DNA from: Azolla caroliniana
Taxonomy: Eukaryota > Plantae > Polypodiophyta
Direction: 5' to 3'
DNA: 64,000 nucleotides
NCBI GenBank assembly: GCA_043228905.1
Contig: JBHGNT010000010.1
Span: 15,438,001-15,502,000 of the forward strand
Under the pieces are notes generated by a model. The model searched no databases. It saw only the letters and a program-made list of their open reading frames with translations, and had not been told where the DNA came from. Numbering within the stretch: position 1 is the stretch's first letter; every line of letters begins with the position of its first letter. Positions 40,432 through 51,375 of this stretch are shown here, piece by piece. A program made the translations under genes and the position numbers.

Positions 40432-40995
40432 TTAAGCAGCTTCCTGTACAGGGTACTCGAACACTACTTCTTTTCCAGTTAGCTTCTTATAAGCAACACC
40501 AAAAGTCTCTAACTTATACTCAGTATTGTTCCTCTCCTTGGGGTCCAAATATACTCGCATTATACGTGAACCATCCAGACGGAAACGAACTCTTTTTCCC
40601 ACAATCTCTGCTGGATAGACTAAATCTTCAAGAATAGCCTCATGAACAGATGTTAATGTGCGGCTTCTAGGACGAGCAGCAACTGTTCCCTTCTTGGGAG
40701 GCCTCATAATGCGCCTTGTCGCAATGAAAATAACATCCTTGCCACTGAATTTCTTCTCAAGTTCATGGACAAGACGGTTGTGAATTTTCTTGAAAGATTT
40801 CCTCAGTCTGTATGGCACATGGATTATGACAGCCTTCCTGCTTCCATTGATATCTATTTGCTTTGCAGAATTGATGAATAGATCCCTTAGGTCACTTCTT
40901 AGCTCCTGGTTAGTGTTCTCGAGATCAAAGAGAGCCTGTGCAACAGACTCTTCAAAATCATCGGGCTCGAGGCCTTTCTCCTTATGGATCTTCTT
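40432..40995 (-). pseudogene. RPS7: Intronless copy of 40S ribosomal protein S7 (eS7). About 187 uninterrupted codons plus stop, lacking the start Met and first few residues
   Basis: [135 protein letters not shown]. Upstream the frame runs through (GA)n to a TAA at 41089-41091 with no ATG. A UTR-like sequence follows to about 40177. Confidence 0.95.
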
Positions 40996-41012
40996 CTTCT
41001 TCCACCTGCGTC

Positions 41013-41081
<69 letters not shown>

Positions 41082-41844
41082 ATGAACTTTAGATAATAGA
41101 GGATCTTCTTCTTCTTCTGCCTGCGTCCTCTCTCTCTCTCTCTTTCTCTCTCTCTCTGGTATGAACTTTAGATTAATAGAGACTAATGTTTATTGTCTCA
41201 ATAAAAATCAATAAAAATCCGCAACTTTTAACAATGATCCATCTCATCATATCAATAGTTATTTCCTATGGTTAGGAAATTACTACATATCCAACGTTGA
41301 TGGCTAGAGCATTTTCCGACTCTATTAATGGCTAAATCATTCTTATATTTCCCTCTACGGAAATTTACAATGGCTTGCCTAATATCATTGTTGCTTTTGT
41401 TAACTACGAATGTTGCTCGTACTTGTGTCATGTTTTCTTCTTTTGATTGCACCTATGGTTCCTTGATGGTGTGGGATGATACACCTTCAAGCAATTCGTT
41501 TTCCACCATCCGATCACTCACCACATTGTTTTGCTTTTCTTGAATTCTTTGTTCTCTCTTAGCTTCTTGGTTTGCTCTCTTGTCACGCCTTTTCTAGGCT
41601 TTCATTGGTTTTAGTTGTTGAGTTCTAGATGAAGTAGATATACCACCAAATTCTTTTACTAGTTCATCAAAACTAGTATTGCTCTCCTCTTTAAGGGCAA
41701 AAGTTTGGGAATTATATTCATGTAAAATCTCATTGCCCAACAGGTCATAACTAATATGTATGGGTTTAATGATGCTAGTGATTGTTTTGAAATAATGGTA
41801 TGATCTTTTCTTACATGACCCATTTCTTCTTATTCAGAATAATT

Positions 41845-44372
41845 ATGGCTCCTAAAAGAAAAAACCAACGAACCATCAGTGCAATGTTTGCATGGAAATC
41901 ACCCAACGATACCAATGACATAAATCTAAACAATGATTTAAATGAGGATATGGATATGTTTGGGACTGATTTAGAGAGTTTAACTCGAGAGAGTTGTTCC
42001 TCTAATATAACTAAAGAAAAGCCTAAGAGAAAATTCCGTGAAGCATGGAGAGATAAATTCCCATGGATAAGATGCATTGTGCAAGGAGACAAAACATTAA
42101 TGAAATGTGCATGGTGTGAGAAATACGCTAGTCCTGGGCCTTGGGGTCTTGGTTCTGGATGCATTACTTTGCAACTTGATGCAATTTTGACCCATGTCAA
42201 CTCAAGTGGTCATAAATTATGTGCATCAAAGTGGATATGTGATGTTGAAGGGAAAGCAATGTCCATCCCAAAGCATGTATCACAATTGGATGATATTAAC
42301 AAAAATAAGGTCATAACAACAATGAAACTCATGTACTTTATTGCAAAAAAAGATTTGTCTATCGCTACATACCAAGAATTATGTGATTTGGCTGTGCTAT
42401 TAGAGGTGCCTAATATGCCTAAGCAACATGATTATATATCTTATACTAGTAGATATGGGGGATATGAATTTTTGGTTGCCTTCGGGAAATATCTTCTAGA
42501 AATTCAAAGCTCAAACCTAATAAATTCCCCATACTACTCTTTGATGCTAGATGAAAGTACTGACAATGGATTAGAGTTGCATCTCATTATGTATGTTACA
42601 TATTTGCAATGTGGTGGTTGTGGGCCTAAGCAAACTGAATATATGGGTTTGCTGAAAATTCCCAATGGTAAAGGTAGAACTATATATGAACATGTTAAGC
42701 ATCTATTAGGCGATCGATGCCTCAACATGAACAAGTTGATCGGATTGGCAACTGATGGTGCATCATCAATGATTGGTAGTGAAATTGGAACAGTAACATT
42801 AATGAAAAATGATATCCCAAATTTGGTTGGTGTACATTGTATTGCTCATAGAGAAGCATTGGTTATTTCAGATGTATCTAAAGATATCCCTGAGCTCATT
42901 CTTGTAGAAAAAATTGCAAATAAGGTATATGCATGGGCTAACAATAGTACCAAAAGGACACATGAAATTTTAGAGCTCTTGGAACAAATGCAATTGGATG
43001 CTCATAGACCATTACAAATTCATAATATTCGTTGGTTGTCACGTGGTCAAGTCATGGAAAGACTAGTGAGTATAATGCCTGCAATACTTACTATTTGGAA
43101 GAAAGAGAACTTAAACGAGTGGTATAATAAAGCTTGTATCTATAGTGTGCAATTTTGCTTTTGTATGATGGCTGATGTGTTGCATTTGATGAATATATTG
43201 AGCTTGAAACTTCAAAAAGAGAATTTGGATGTAACTTCAATTGGTGCAGAAATTGATATTACAATTTCTAATTTGCGGAGGTCTTTCTTGAGAAATGCCA
43301 CATTTGCGGATGGAACAATGTATTTATCCAAGTTCTTAAGATGTTCTAAAGTTGGGTTTTTGGAAATAGAGGATAAAGATGGCGTTACATATAGACATGA
43401 ACTATACTTCAAACAAATTCCTATGGATAAAGCAAGTCAAAATGATCCAAATCCCAATATTGCAAAATCTAAGGGAATGAGGCCATTTATAGATGGATCA
43501 CTTGAAAGTTGTATTAAACTATCTCAAAATTATGTGCAAAATGTTATTGATGGACTAATTTGCGGAGGTCTTTCTTGAGAAATGCCACATTTGCGGATGG
43601 AACAATGTATTTATCCAAGTTCTTAAGATGTTCTAAAGTTGGGTTTTTGGAAATAGAGGATAAAGATGGCGTTACATATAGACATGAACTATACTTCAAA
43701 CAAATTCCTATGGATAAAGCAAGTCAAAATGATCCAAATCCCAATATTGCAAAATCTAAGGGAATGAGGCCATTTATAGATGGATCACTTGAAAGTTGTA
43801 TTAAACTATCTCAAAATTATGTGCAAAATGTTATTGATGGACTAAATGCAAGATTCCCTGACTTAAGCCTCTTCAATGCAGCAAAATTATTCAGCCCATG
43901 CCATTATGCAGATGATGATGTGATTAGGGATAGTAAAGCAAAGACATGGTTGGGAATTTTGATTTCACACTTACAGCCAAATGTTGATGTCAATGCATGT
44001 CCTCAAATTTCACATGATGCAAAGGCTTGTGAAATGGAACTCTATAGGTTTGTTGACACTTTACGTTTAAATTGTGAAGGCTATACTATGCATGAAGCTT
44101 GGCGTATGTTTTGCAAAATGAAGGATTGGCAAGATAGTTTCCCTCATTTGATGAAATTATGGCAAGCTACTTTGGTTATTCCTTCTAGCACAGTTTCGTG
44201 TGAGAGAGGGTTCTCTAAGCAAAATCTCATCAAAGAGATGAAAAGAAATCAATTGAATATAGAGCATTTAGATGATTTAATGCGAGTCTCATTGAATGGG
44301 CCACGCATTGAAGAAATACAATGGGATCGTGTACATGAAATTTGGAAAGATGCAAAGGATAGAAGGATATAA
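41845..44372 (+). pseudogene. hAT transposase (ZNF862-like group, DUF4371-like core and C-terminal dimerisation domain), frameshifted by an internal 287-bp duplication
   Basis: MAPKRK start, WRDKFPW..CAWC zinc finger, YSLMLDESTD, LATDGASSM, VHCIAHREAL, IRWLSR, VIPSSTVSCERGFSKQNLIK. Confidence 0.93.
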
Positions 44373-44914
44373 TATATTGTTTCGTACAAATATTCGATGT
44401 ATTTGCTTTTTGAAGGGCATTTTTTTTGACAAACCGTCAATTTGACGGGCAAATTTTTTGGAATACCGTTCTCATGACAGGCAATGTTAGCCGTCAAAAG
44501 GCAACACTGATGTCAAGTGTATAATCTCTTGTTAAGTAAATAATCGTTCTTTAAAAAAATTAGTATGATCATTTATTAATGATGAGATATTAAGATCAAT
44601 TTGCCTTGTTTGTAATATCAATTGTAGAAAATAAATATATCGTTAAAGCTTCACAAATACAAAAGCTTGAATATGTTTTAACATATTTTATCTAAGAAAC
44701 CCTTGTGTCTAATCAATCATGAGCTATTGCGCCAACTTTTGCACATGGGCTTACATATCATCAAGTTGTATCATCCCCTAGTTATAATTGTGCTTAGGCA
44801 CTCTAAAGTATAAACTTTTTGTTGCTTCCATTGGTGTTTCTACATTGTTCATTCCTATAGGGCATTATCTATTCACTTGCAATTTATTAGACACAACATT
44901 AACAAGTACAAAAA

Positions 44915-45429
44915 TACCAGCTCAAACCAAATGTTTAGCAACACCTCGCCGCTTGGGAGTTTTCGTTGCTGAAAAACAAACAAATATCGTCTGGTCCAAA
45001 TGTGCTAGACCAAGAAGCATGCCACCAACATCCATATCTCCTCAAAAAAATCAGAGTTTGTACCAGGTTCCACTCCAACACATTTGAATACATTGCCGCC
45101 TTGCACAATACAACTCGATTGCAGGGAACTCAGATGTAGCAGAAAGGGCTCGGTTGAAGTTTTTGCTAAAATGCGGTCGTTCTCCTATGATGGTAAATTC
45201 AGCGTTAGGGCCTAAATGGAACTACCAAGCACCGAGATGGCTGTTTCCGCCATTGACTTCCATGAATGGACAGGAGTTGTAAATATGTGGTCACCATGTA
45301 CAAAGTGTTAGCAGGATACTTTTGTTGTAAATAGTAGGGTGGGGATTATGTTGTTTTGATTATGGCTGATCTTTGATGTACTTCTTTTGCTAACTAATGG
45401 GAAGTAGTGTTTTTTTTTTGGAAAAAAAA
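44915..45429 (+). mobile_element. 5'-truncated, 5'-inverted L1 insertion of the same family as 37973-38790
   Basis: 44915-45085 is the reverse-complement homologue of 38250-38400. 45099-45429 matches 38414-38790. Exact TSD aacaagtacaaaaa at 44901-44914 and 45430-45443. Confidence 0.88.
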
Positions 45430-45500
45430 AACAAGTACAAAAAGAAATCTAACATTAACATTAACTATATATTTGAGGTTGGTATCTCTTCAATAATTAG

Positions 45501-46620
45501 TGTTGAGAATCAAGCTCAACCTAGTCTAGTGTGTGAACACACCTTTAGAGAATGTATGAACATTCAAAGCTCAAAAGTCACCACTACTTTCTACACATTA
45601 ACTATGTGTCATAGTATCATATTCTATGACACATAACTAGTGAGTTTCCACATTCCCCATGACCCATGCGCTTCTATAGCTCTAGAGAAAGTGTTGGTGT
45701 TTTGGTAAGTTAATGAAGAGAGAGGGCAACCTTATATAAAGCACCCTCCTCCTACTTTATAAAGTGTCGGTTGTTCTCCCTTGTAATGCTACATTTTTGT
45801 ACTTGATATTCTCCTTGTTAATATACATCTTCTTGAGTACTTCATTTCTCTTATTCTATCTATCTTGTGTCTTTCCTCTCTCCTCTTTTACACACACACA
45901 AATCCCAAATCACAAATCCTTAATATCTTCCATTGCACAGAATCATATGAAATTCTTTACATGGTATCAGGGTGATTTGGTAGCTCGATCTAGCCCATCC
46001 ACTTGTGTTGTGTCCTACGCCGACGTTCAAGAAGAATCAACTCATCGTTATCGTAGTGCCACTACATAGCTCGTGTTCGAGAGAGAAGAAAAAGAAGAAG
46101 GAAATCTACATCGACGTAATGAATGCTCAAATGGGGAGCGCTCTCCCTAGCGAGAAGTTGGACAGAAACAACTTTGCATCTTGGGAGTACAAGATGCACC
46201 AATACCTTGTCATCCAAGGCTATTGGGGCTAAATTGAAGAGCACAAGAAAACAAACTCGACCCAAAGGACGCCAACAACTCAACATGGGAACAAGCGGCA
46301 AGCCGAGTGATGTATTACTTAGCAACATGTGTCCATGACCAAATGCTTCGCTACATTCGAGAAGCCACGATGCCGAAGGAAGTAAGGGAAAATCTAAGGA
46401 AGATTTTTGCGGCCAACACAACCGCAAGAAAGCTTCAGCTCCCCTAAGAGTTGAACAATATCCAACAAAGGGACATGTTCATCACAAGTTGCACCTTGAA
46501 GATCAAGGAACTTTGTGATTCACTCGGCTCAATAAGTGTCAATGTGGAGGATGATGAGATGGTGCAAATATGCCTAGGTGGCCTCGCACCATGGTTTGGT
46601 GCCACGAGAACCGCCGTCCT
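45501..46620 (+). mobile_element. Copia 5' LTR (45501-45961), PBS and start of decayed gag, interrupted by a nested element
   Basis: tgttg..taca LTR, tggtatcag Met-tRNA PBS at 45962, EKLDRNNFASWEYKM, KIKELCDSLGSI..DDEMVQICLGGL. Confidence 0.85.
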
Positions 46621-47578
46621 AGTTGAAGATCGATTATGTGCGGAAACGTATGTGAGGACCTGTTGTATGTGCTCAAAAAACAACACAAAAGGAAGGCAAG
46701 AAGATATACGCGACTTAATCTTTAATGGAGGCTTTGTTATTGCATTCTCTTTCTCTCTTTGAGACTCTATACAAGAATGATCAAGAGTTCTCTTTTACAA
46801 CGTTAGGTTATCGCTTATATACTAAGCCCTAACTATATGGACGAGTTCACACTAGGATACAAAGTGGAAGGAGTCGGCCTTTTATGCTAAAAAACTCCAC
46901 CGTAAAAGGACTACTCTTTCCTACATGTACATGTGTTTGGGGTTGTCTCCCCCGTAAACCTAGATTACAACGCTAATCTAAATTTTTGTTGCAAGTCGGT
47001 TGGCATATAGTCGAGTCGGCAAAGGTGAGGTCCGTGTTGAGCTTAGCATGGCTCATTATCATGATTGGTTTGGTCGACTCTTACCTTCTGCTCTTTCGAC
47101 TTTCTTCTGCTCAGTTGCTTGTCGTAGTCCCATCTTTTTCCTTAGTGCTCTGAAGTGTTGATGTGAGAGTGGCTTCGTTAGGCAATCGACGAATTTCACC
47201 TCGGTGTCGATCTTCTAGACTTCGAGCTTCTTCTCGGTTATGAGCTCCCAGATGTGATGATATCGCACCTCAATGTGCTTTGTCTTTGCATGATAGAAGA
47301 GATTGTTAATGAGGTGAATTGTGCTTTGTGAGTCGCAATAGATGGTTGGTGCTGGTCGGTCGATTTGGCTTGTAGATGAGAAGTTGGCAAATAGTCGGTG
47401 CAACTAGATCGCTTCTTTCGCTACCTCCGATGTTGCTATGTACTCGGCCTTTATGGTCGACAGGGCCATGCATTCTTGAAGCTTCAACCTCCATGATATC
47501 GCACTGCCACTATAGGTAAAGATATACCCTGATGTCGACTTCCAATTGTCCGTATTTCTGGCATAGTCGGAGTCAGTG
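46621..47578 (-). mobile_element. Second Copia element: RNase H end and probable 3' LTR, inserted in the first Copia gag
   Basis: DSDYA..KSTSGYIFT..AISW..ALST.KAEY..IYCDSQS..YHAKTKHIEVRYH..DCLTKPL. LTR limits are approximate. Confidence 0.8.
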
Positions 47579-48291
47579 TGTCACGGACAAGTATAATAGA
47601 GTAGAGCGAAGACAAGCCTGGAAAACAAGAGAGAGGAAAAGAACAAGAACTCAACTTATAGAATCCATAACTGGTGTTGTTCACCTTGATTAGAATCAAG
47701 GTGCACTTGAGTATTTATACAAGAAGGTAGGGCTATGTAAGCCAGCTAGAAATAAAGTATGCATGAGGATGCATGCAATAGAGAATGCATGAGGATGCAT
47801 GCAATGTTAACTCTTAGGGCTGGACAATGGCCTAACACAGGGTGTCTACGGAAGACACTTCACCAAAGGGGTGTTACGGCAACAGGATTAAGCTCAACGA
47901 TTAATCCGACTTAATTAGGTTACTTAGCATGATCGTCTTTAATAATCACACGCGTAAGATATAACAATGAATGCAGAACGGCAATTAACACAGAGAGATA
48001 ACAACACTAAGCTTTCTTAATTAACCGCTGTTCATTACATTGTATCCGGGCCTTTAAATAGGTTTCCGGTCTGTATTACAAAACGGTGCCATCTGCACCT
48101 GTTTGGGATTGGTCCGGATCCGGAACGGCATACCGATTCCGGTCCGTCCGTCCCCACTCATAGCTTACTTACAACCATTCCTACTAATTAAATAACTCCT
48201 CGTTTCACACTTTGGACTCCTTTGCCGGCCGGTAACACATGGCATGTCCCTGGGACAACACCTTGTACGTCGAATCCACAACCGACTCTTG

Positions 48292-51235
48292 CTATTCTTC
48301 GTCCAAAATATCCAGAATGCTTTGTTCAAGAGTCTCCAATGGTTCATCTAGAATTGGTTGTTGTTGTTGTTGTTGTTGTTGTTGTTGCTCTGTTGCTGTC
48401 TGCTGCGACGGGTCCGTTGGTGGCTGCTGCGGCTGCTCCTCTGTTTGTTGCTCTGACACCGGCTTCTCCGTTGTTGTGGTCTCCGGTTGACTGGTTTCGG
48501 GCTGGCCCTCGGCTGGCGACGGTTCCTCATCTCTAAGGTTAACCGTTGCCGCTTCCCGTGCTTTTTCTTCCCGAACCCGGGACCGCTCGTAGCTTTCAAA
48601 TTGGATTTGAGCGTCCAGCCTATCATCGTCTAGTTGAGCTACGAGTTGCCGGACCTGCGCCAGCTGTTCATCCGCCAGGACTTGGAAGTCATCGGCCAGC
48701 TCGTCCCGTATGGCGGTGAAGTCCTCGAAAGTCAACGTATAACAATCATCTCCTTCCTTCCGCTGGTTTGCCACGTCTGCCCGTAACAATTGGAGTTCCG
48801 CCACGTTTTGTGCCCACTTTGTCCACCATCTTACGGAGCTTTCGTCAATCAAGCGTTTTGTCTGATTTAGCCATGCCCGGAGGATGCACTGAATCCGGCC
48901 CATTCCCAATTGCGATTTGATTTCCGCCGCTTGCCGTTCCTCCTTCAGTTGCTTGATGATTTTGACGTTGTCTTCCGCCTGCTCCTTGTAATGCGTCAAT
49001 TGCCTTTGATATGTGCTTTGTAGTTTCTGCAATACCGTTGACGCTCTCTCCTTTTCTTCCTGTTGCTGCCTCTGGAGCTCCATCCGGACCTTCTCCGCCT
49101 CGTCCAACCGTCTTGTATTTTCCGCACGTTCGTCGGCGATCGCCGTCGCGGCCCAATCAACTTCCTGCTGGAGCTCGGCCATCCATTCCTTATGCTCTGT
49201 TTCCAGCCGTTTGTAGTCCCGGTGCAGGTGCTCAAAATCATCTGTCTTTTGCTTGAGCCGTGCGTTGATCTGTCGACGGGCCCGGTCCTCGCGGTCCTTC
49301 TGCTGGCGGAGCTCTTCCTTTAGCCGTTCAATTTCCGTTTCCGCCGTCTTCAGCAGCTTGTCCTTTTCCTGCAGCACTTTGTCTTTTTCCTCCCTTAGCC
49401 GGTTGTACGCTTGATGGCCTTTCCGGAGGCTCTCCTCTGCCCGGCGGAGGTTCTCAGTAGTCTTCTTTAATTCGGCTTCGGCCGCTGTCTTCAATTCCCG
49501 TTCACAGCTCCTTAGCGCTTCTTGTGCGGCAAGTTCATCTCTCAATTCCGCAAGCTCCTGGGCTTGCGCCGCATCTCTCGCCGGAACGGTTTCCGTTGCC
49601 GGGGTCTTATTGGTATGTACAGGTCGATTTGTTTCTTTATTCTGTACACTTACCGGAGTCACCGGTGATTGGATCTGTGTTGCCATTTAGGCCATTTTGG
49701 CCATCTCTGCTGTGACCTGATCCAAGTCTCTTTCAAGGCACCGGATTCTGGACCGGGCTGTCTCTAGTTGTTTGGTTGTGATGAGCAACCATTCGCTTTG
49801 CGCTCTTTCTTCCGCCTCAATATACCCCACTGCTCCGACAATCTGTTCACCTACCCACCGGAGCCATAGGCTACCGGTGCCTTGTTGTTGCATTTGCCCG
49901 GAGGTTTGACGGATGGGCTCACTTGTAGATGGGTGGTCCCGCCTGATTGTGCCGAGTTGCAATTCCGTTTCTGCTCGTGGACCACCCTGCTGTCCTGGTT
50001 CCCCTTGCGCTTCTTCTTGGTTGGCCGAGGGAGGCTGCATTGACCTTTCCGGCTCTGGCGGGATGGGACTTGCCGATGTTGCTGGTGGTGCCGGGGCTTC
50101 TGATTCCGGTGCCATGCGCACCGGTTCTGGTTCTTCCCTTGGCGTGGAAGTCTCAGTATGGGGAGCCGGTGTTCCCTCCGTCTGAGGGTTCGAACGTTTC
50201 CCGGTTGCCTCAACGGTCCTTGCTGACGACCGTCGCTGGAGGTGCTCTGTAGGCTCCTCCTCTATTTCCTCTTCCTGAGTCCTGGCATTGAGTTTTGCCG
50301 CCAAGGGGTCCACTTCTCTATTCACCTTGCTTGTGCCACCCGTCCAGCCCGTCCAGCCCAAGAAGCGAGGAAGAGTGGCGGACGGCACCCCAAAGACGGC
50401 TTCCAAAAGACAACAGTTGTTGGCCTCTAAGGCCACTAAGGGGAAGGCGGCGAATGCAGAACAGGCGGGAAAGGAGAGCGGCAGCCGGAAGCGGCCAACG
50501 GATGCGCAGGAGGAACCACCGGCACGGGTCCGTCTCGGCCTTCTTTGCCGTCTTTGCCTCTGACGATCTCGATCGCCGCACACAACCCATCTGCGATCAA
50601 TACCGGCCAATCCACCTTGATCCCTTCATAGGTGGCGATGATCATCCCTGCCCAGTTCTGTGGCATGACAGGGGGTCTAGGGTACACATGGCCGTATTCG
50701 TGGAGCACACGAGCAATCTCACGGAACAACATATCTCCGCCGCCTTGTGTCCGGTAGCCCTTGCTGGCTAGGGAGTACTCACCAAAATACCTGATGAGTT
50801 GCTCCGGGGTCGGATTGTCAATCGTGAGTATGCCTCCCTCCGGAAGGCCTGTTAACGCTCGAATCGCCTCCGCCGTTATGACCTCTGTGTCGATTTCTTT
50901 GATCACCTTGTCGGCTTCTTTGTGTGGCGGTACTTCCATCATCATCAAGAAGCCCTCAAGCCCGTGTTGCTTTAGCCATGTCTTGGCGGCTTCCGACAGC
51001 GTTTGCGGTCCATGTCTGTGTCGAGGTCGGATTGCGGTGGCGAGGTTGGATGGTGATGAGAGTAAGATTGAGAGAGAGAGAGTTCAGAAGGCGGGGGTTC
51101 TCTGTGTGTAGGTTCTCGTCTGATGATCTTGCAGCGCCTTGGTGCTTCTGTGCTCCTGGGTTCGCGAAAGTAGAGGGTTTCCACGCGCAGTGGTTTTTCT
51201 CTGTGCATTCTGGCGCCTTTTTCGAGTGTGTGCAC
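48292..51235 (-). pseudogene. Extra (env-position) ORF of the Gypsy element: plant-transposon-protein-like N-terminus, P/E-rich linker, long coiled coil and polyQ, broken by a frameshift and a TAA
   Basis: ITAEAIRALTGLP..IKVDWPVLIADGL. ORF 49687-50610 ends at a TAA immediately before the in-frame 464-aa ORF 48292-49686. Confidence 0.7.
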
Positions 51236-51375
51236 GTCGTGTACTAAAATAGCATTATGTCCTGTGGTGGCGCTTTAAATGCCCACTACGTACCTTTTCG
51301 CTCCTTGCTCTTTCGTCCATTCATTCCTCGCTTTTGCATGATTACTTCGTTTTTTTTTTTTCTGTTAGTGTGACG

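Larger units (their letters stand above)
39596..44509 (+). mobile_element. hAT DNA transposon (4914 bp) encoding a transposase and carrying an RPS7 copy
   Basis: 20-bp TIRs cagtgttgccttttga(t/c)ggc (19/20 match). Exact 8-bp TSD atgtcaag (39588-39595 and 44510-44517). Subterminal aaaccgtcaat(c)ttgacgggc palindromes near 39671 and 44431. Confidence 0.96.

Noticed and set aside
40432-40818. 128-aa ORF as a functional RPS7 gene
   Set aside because: It starts at an internal GTG (Val). Homology extends about 59 codons further upstream and no in-frame ATG precedes the TAA at 41089-41091.
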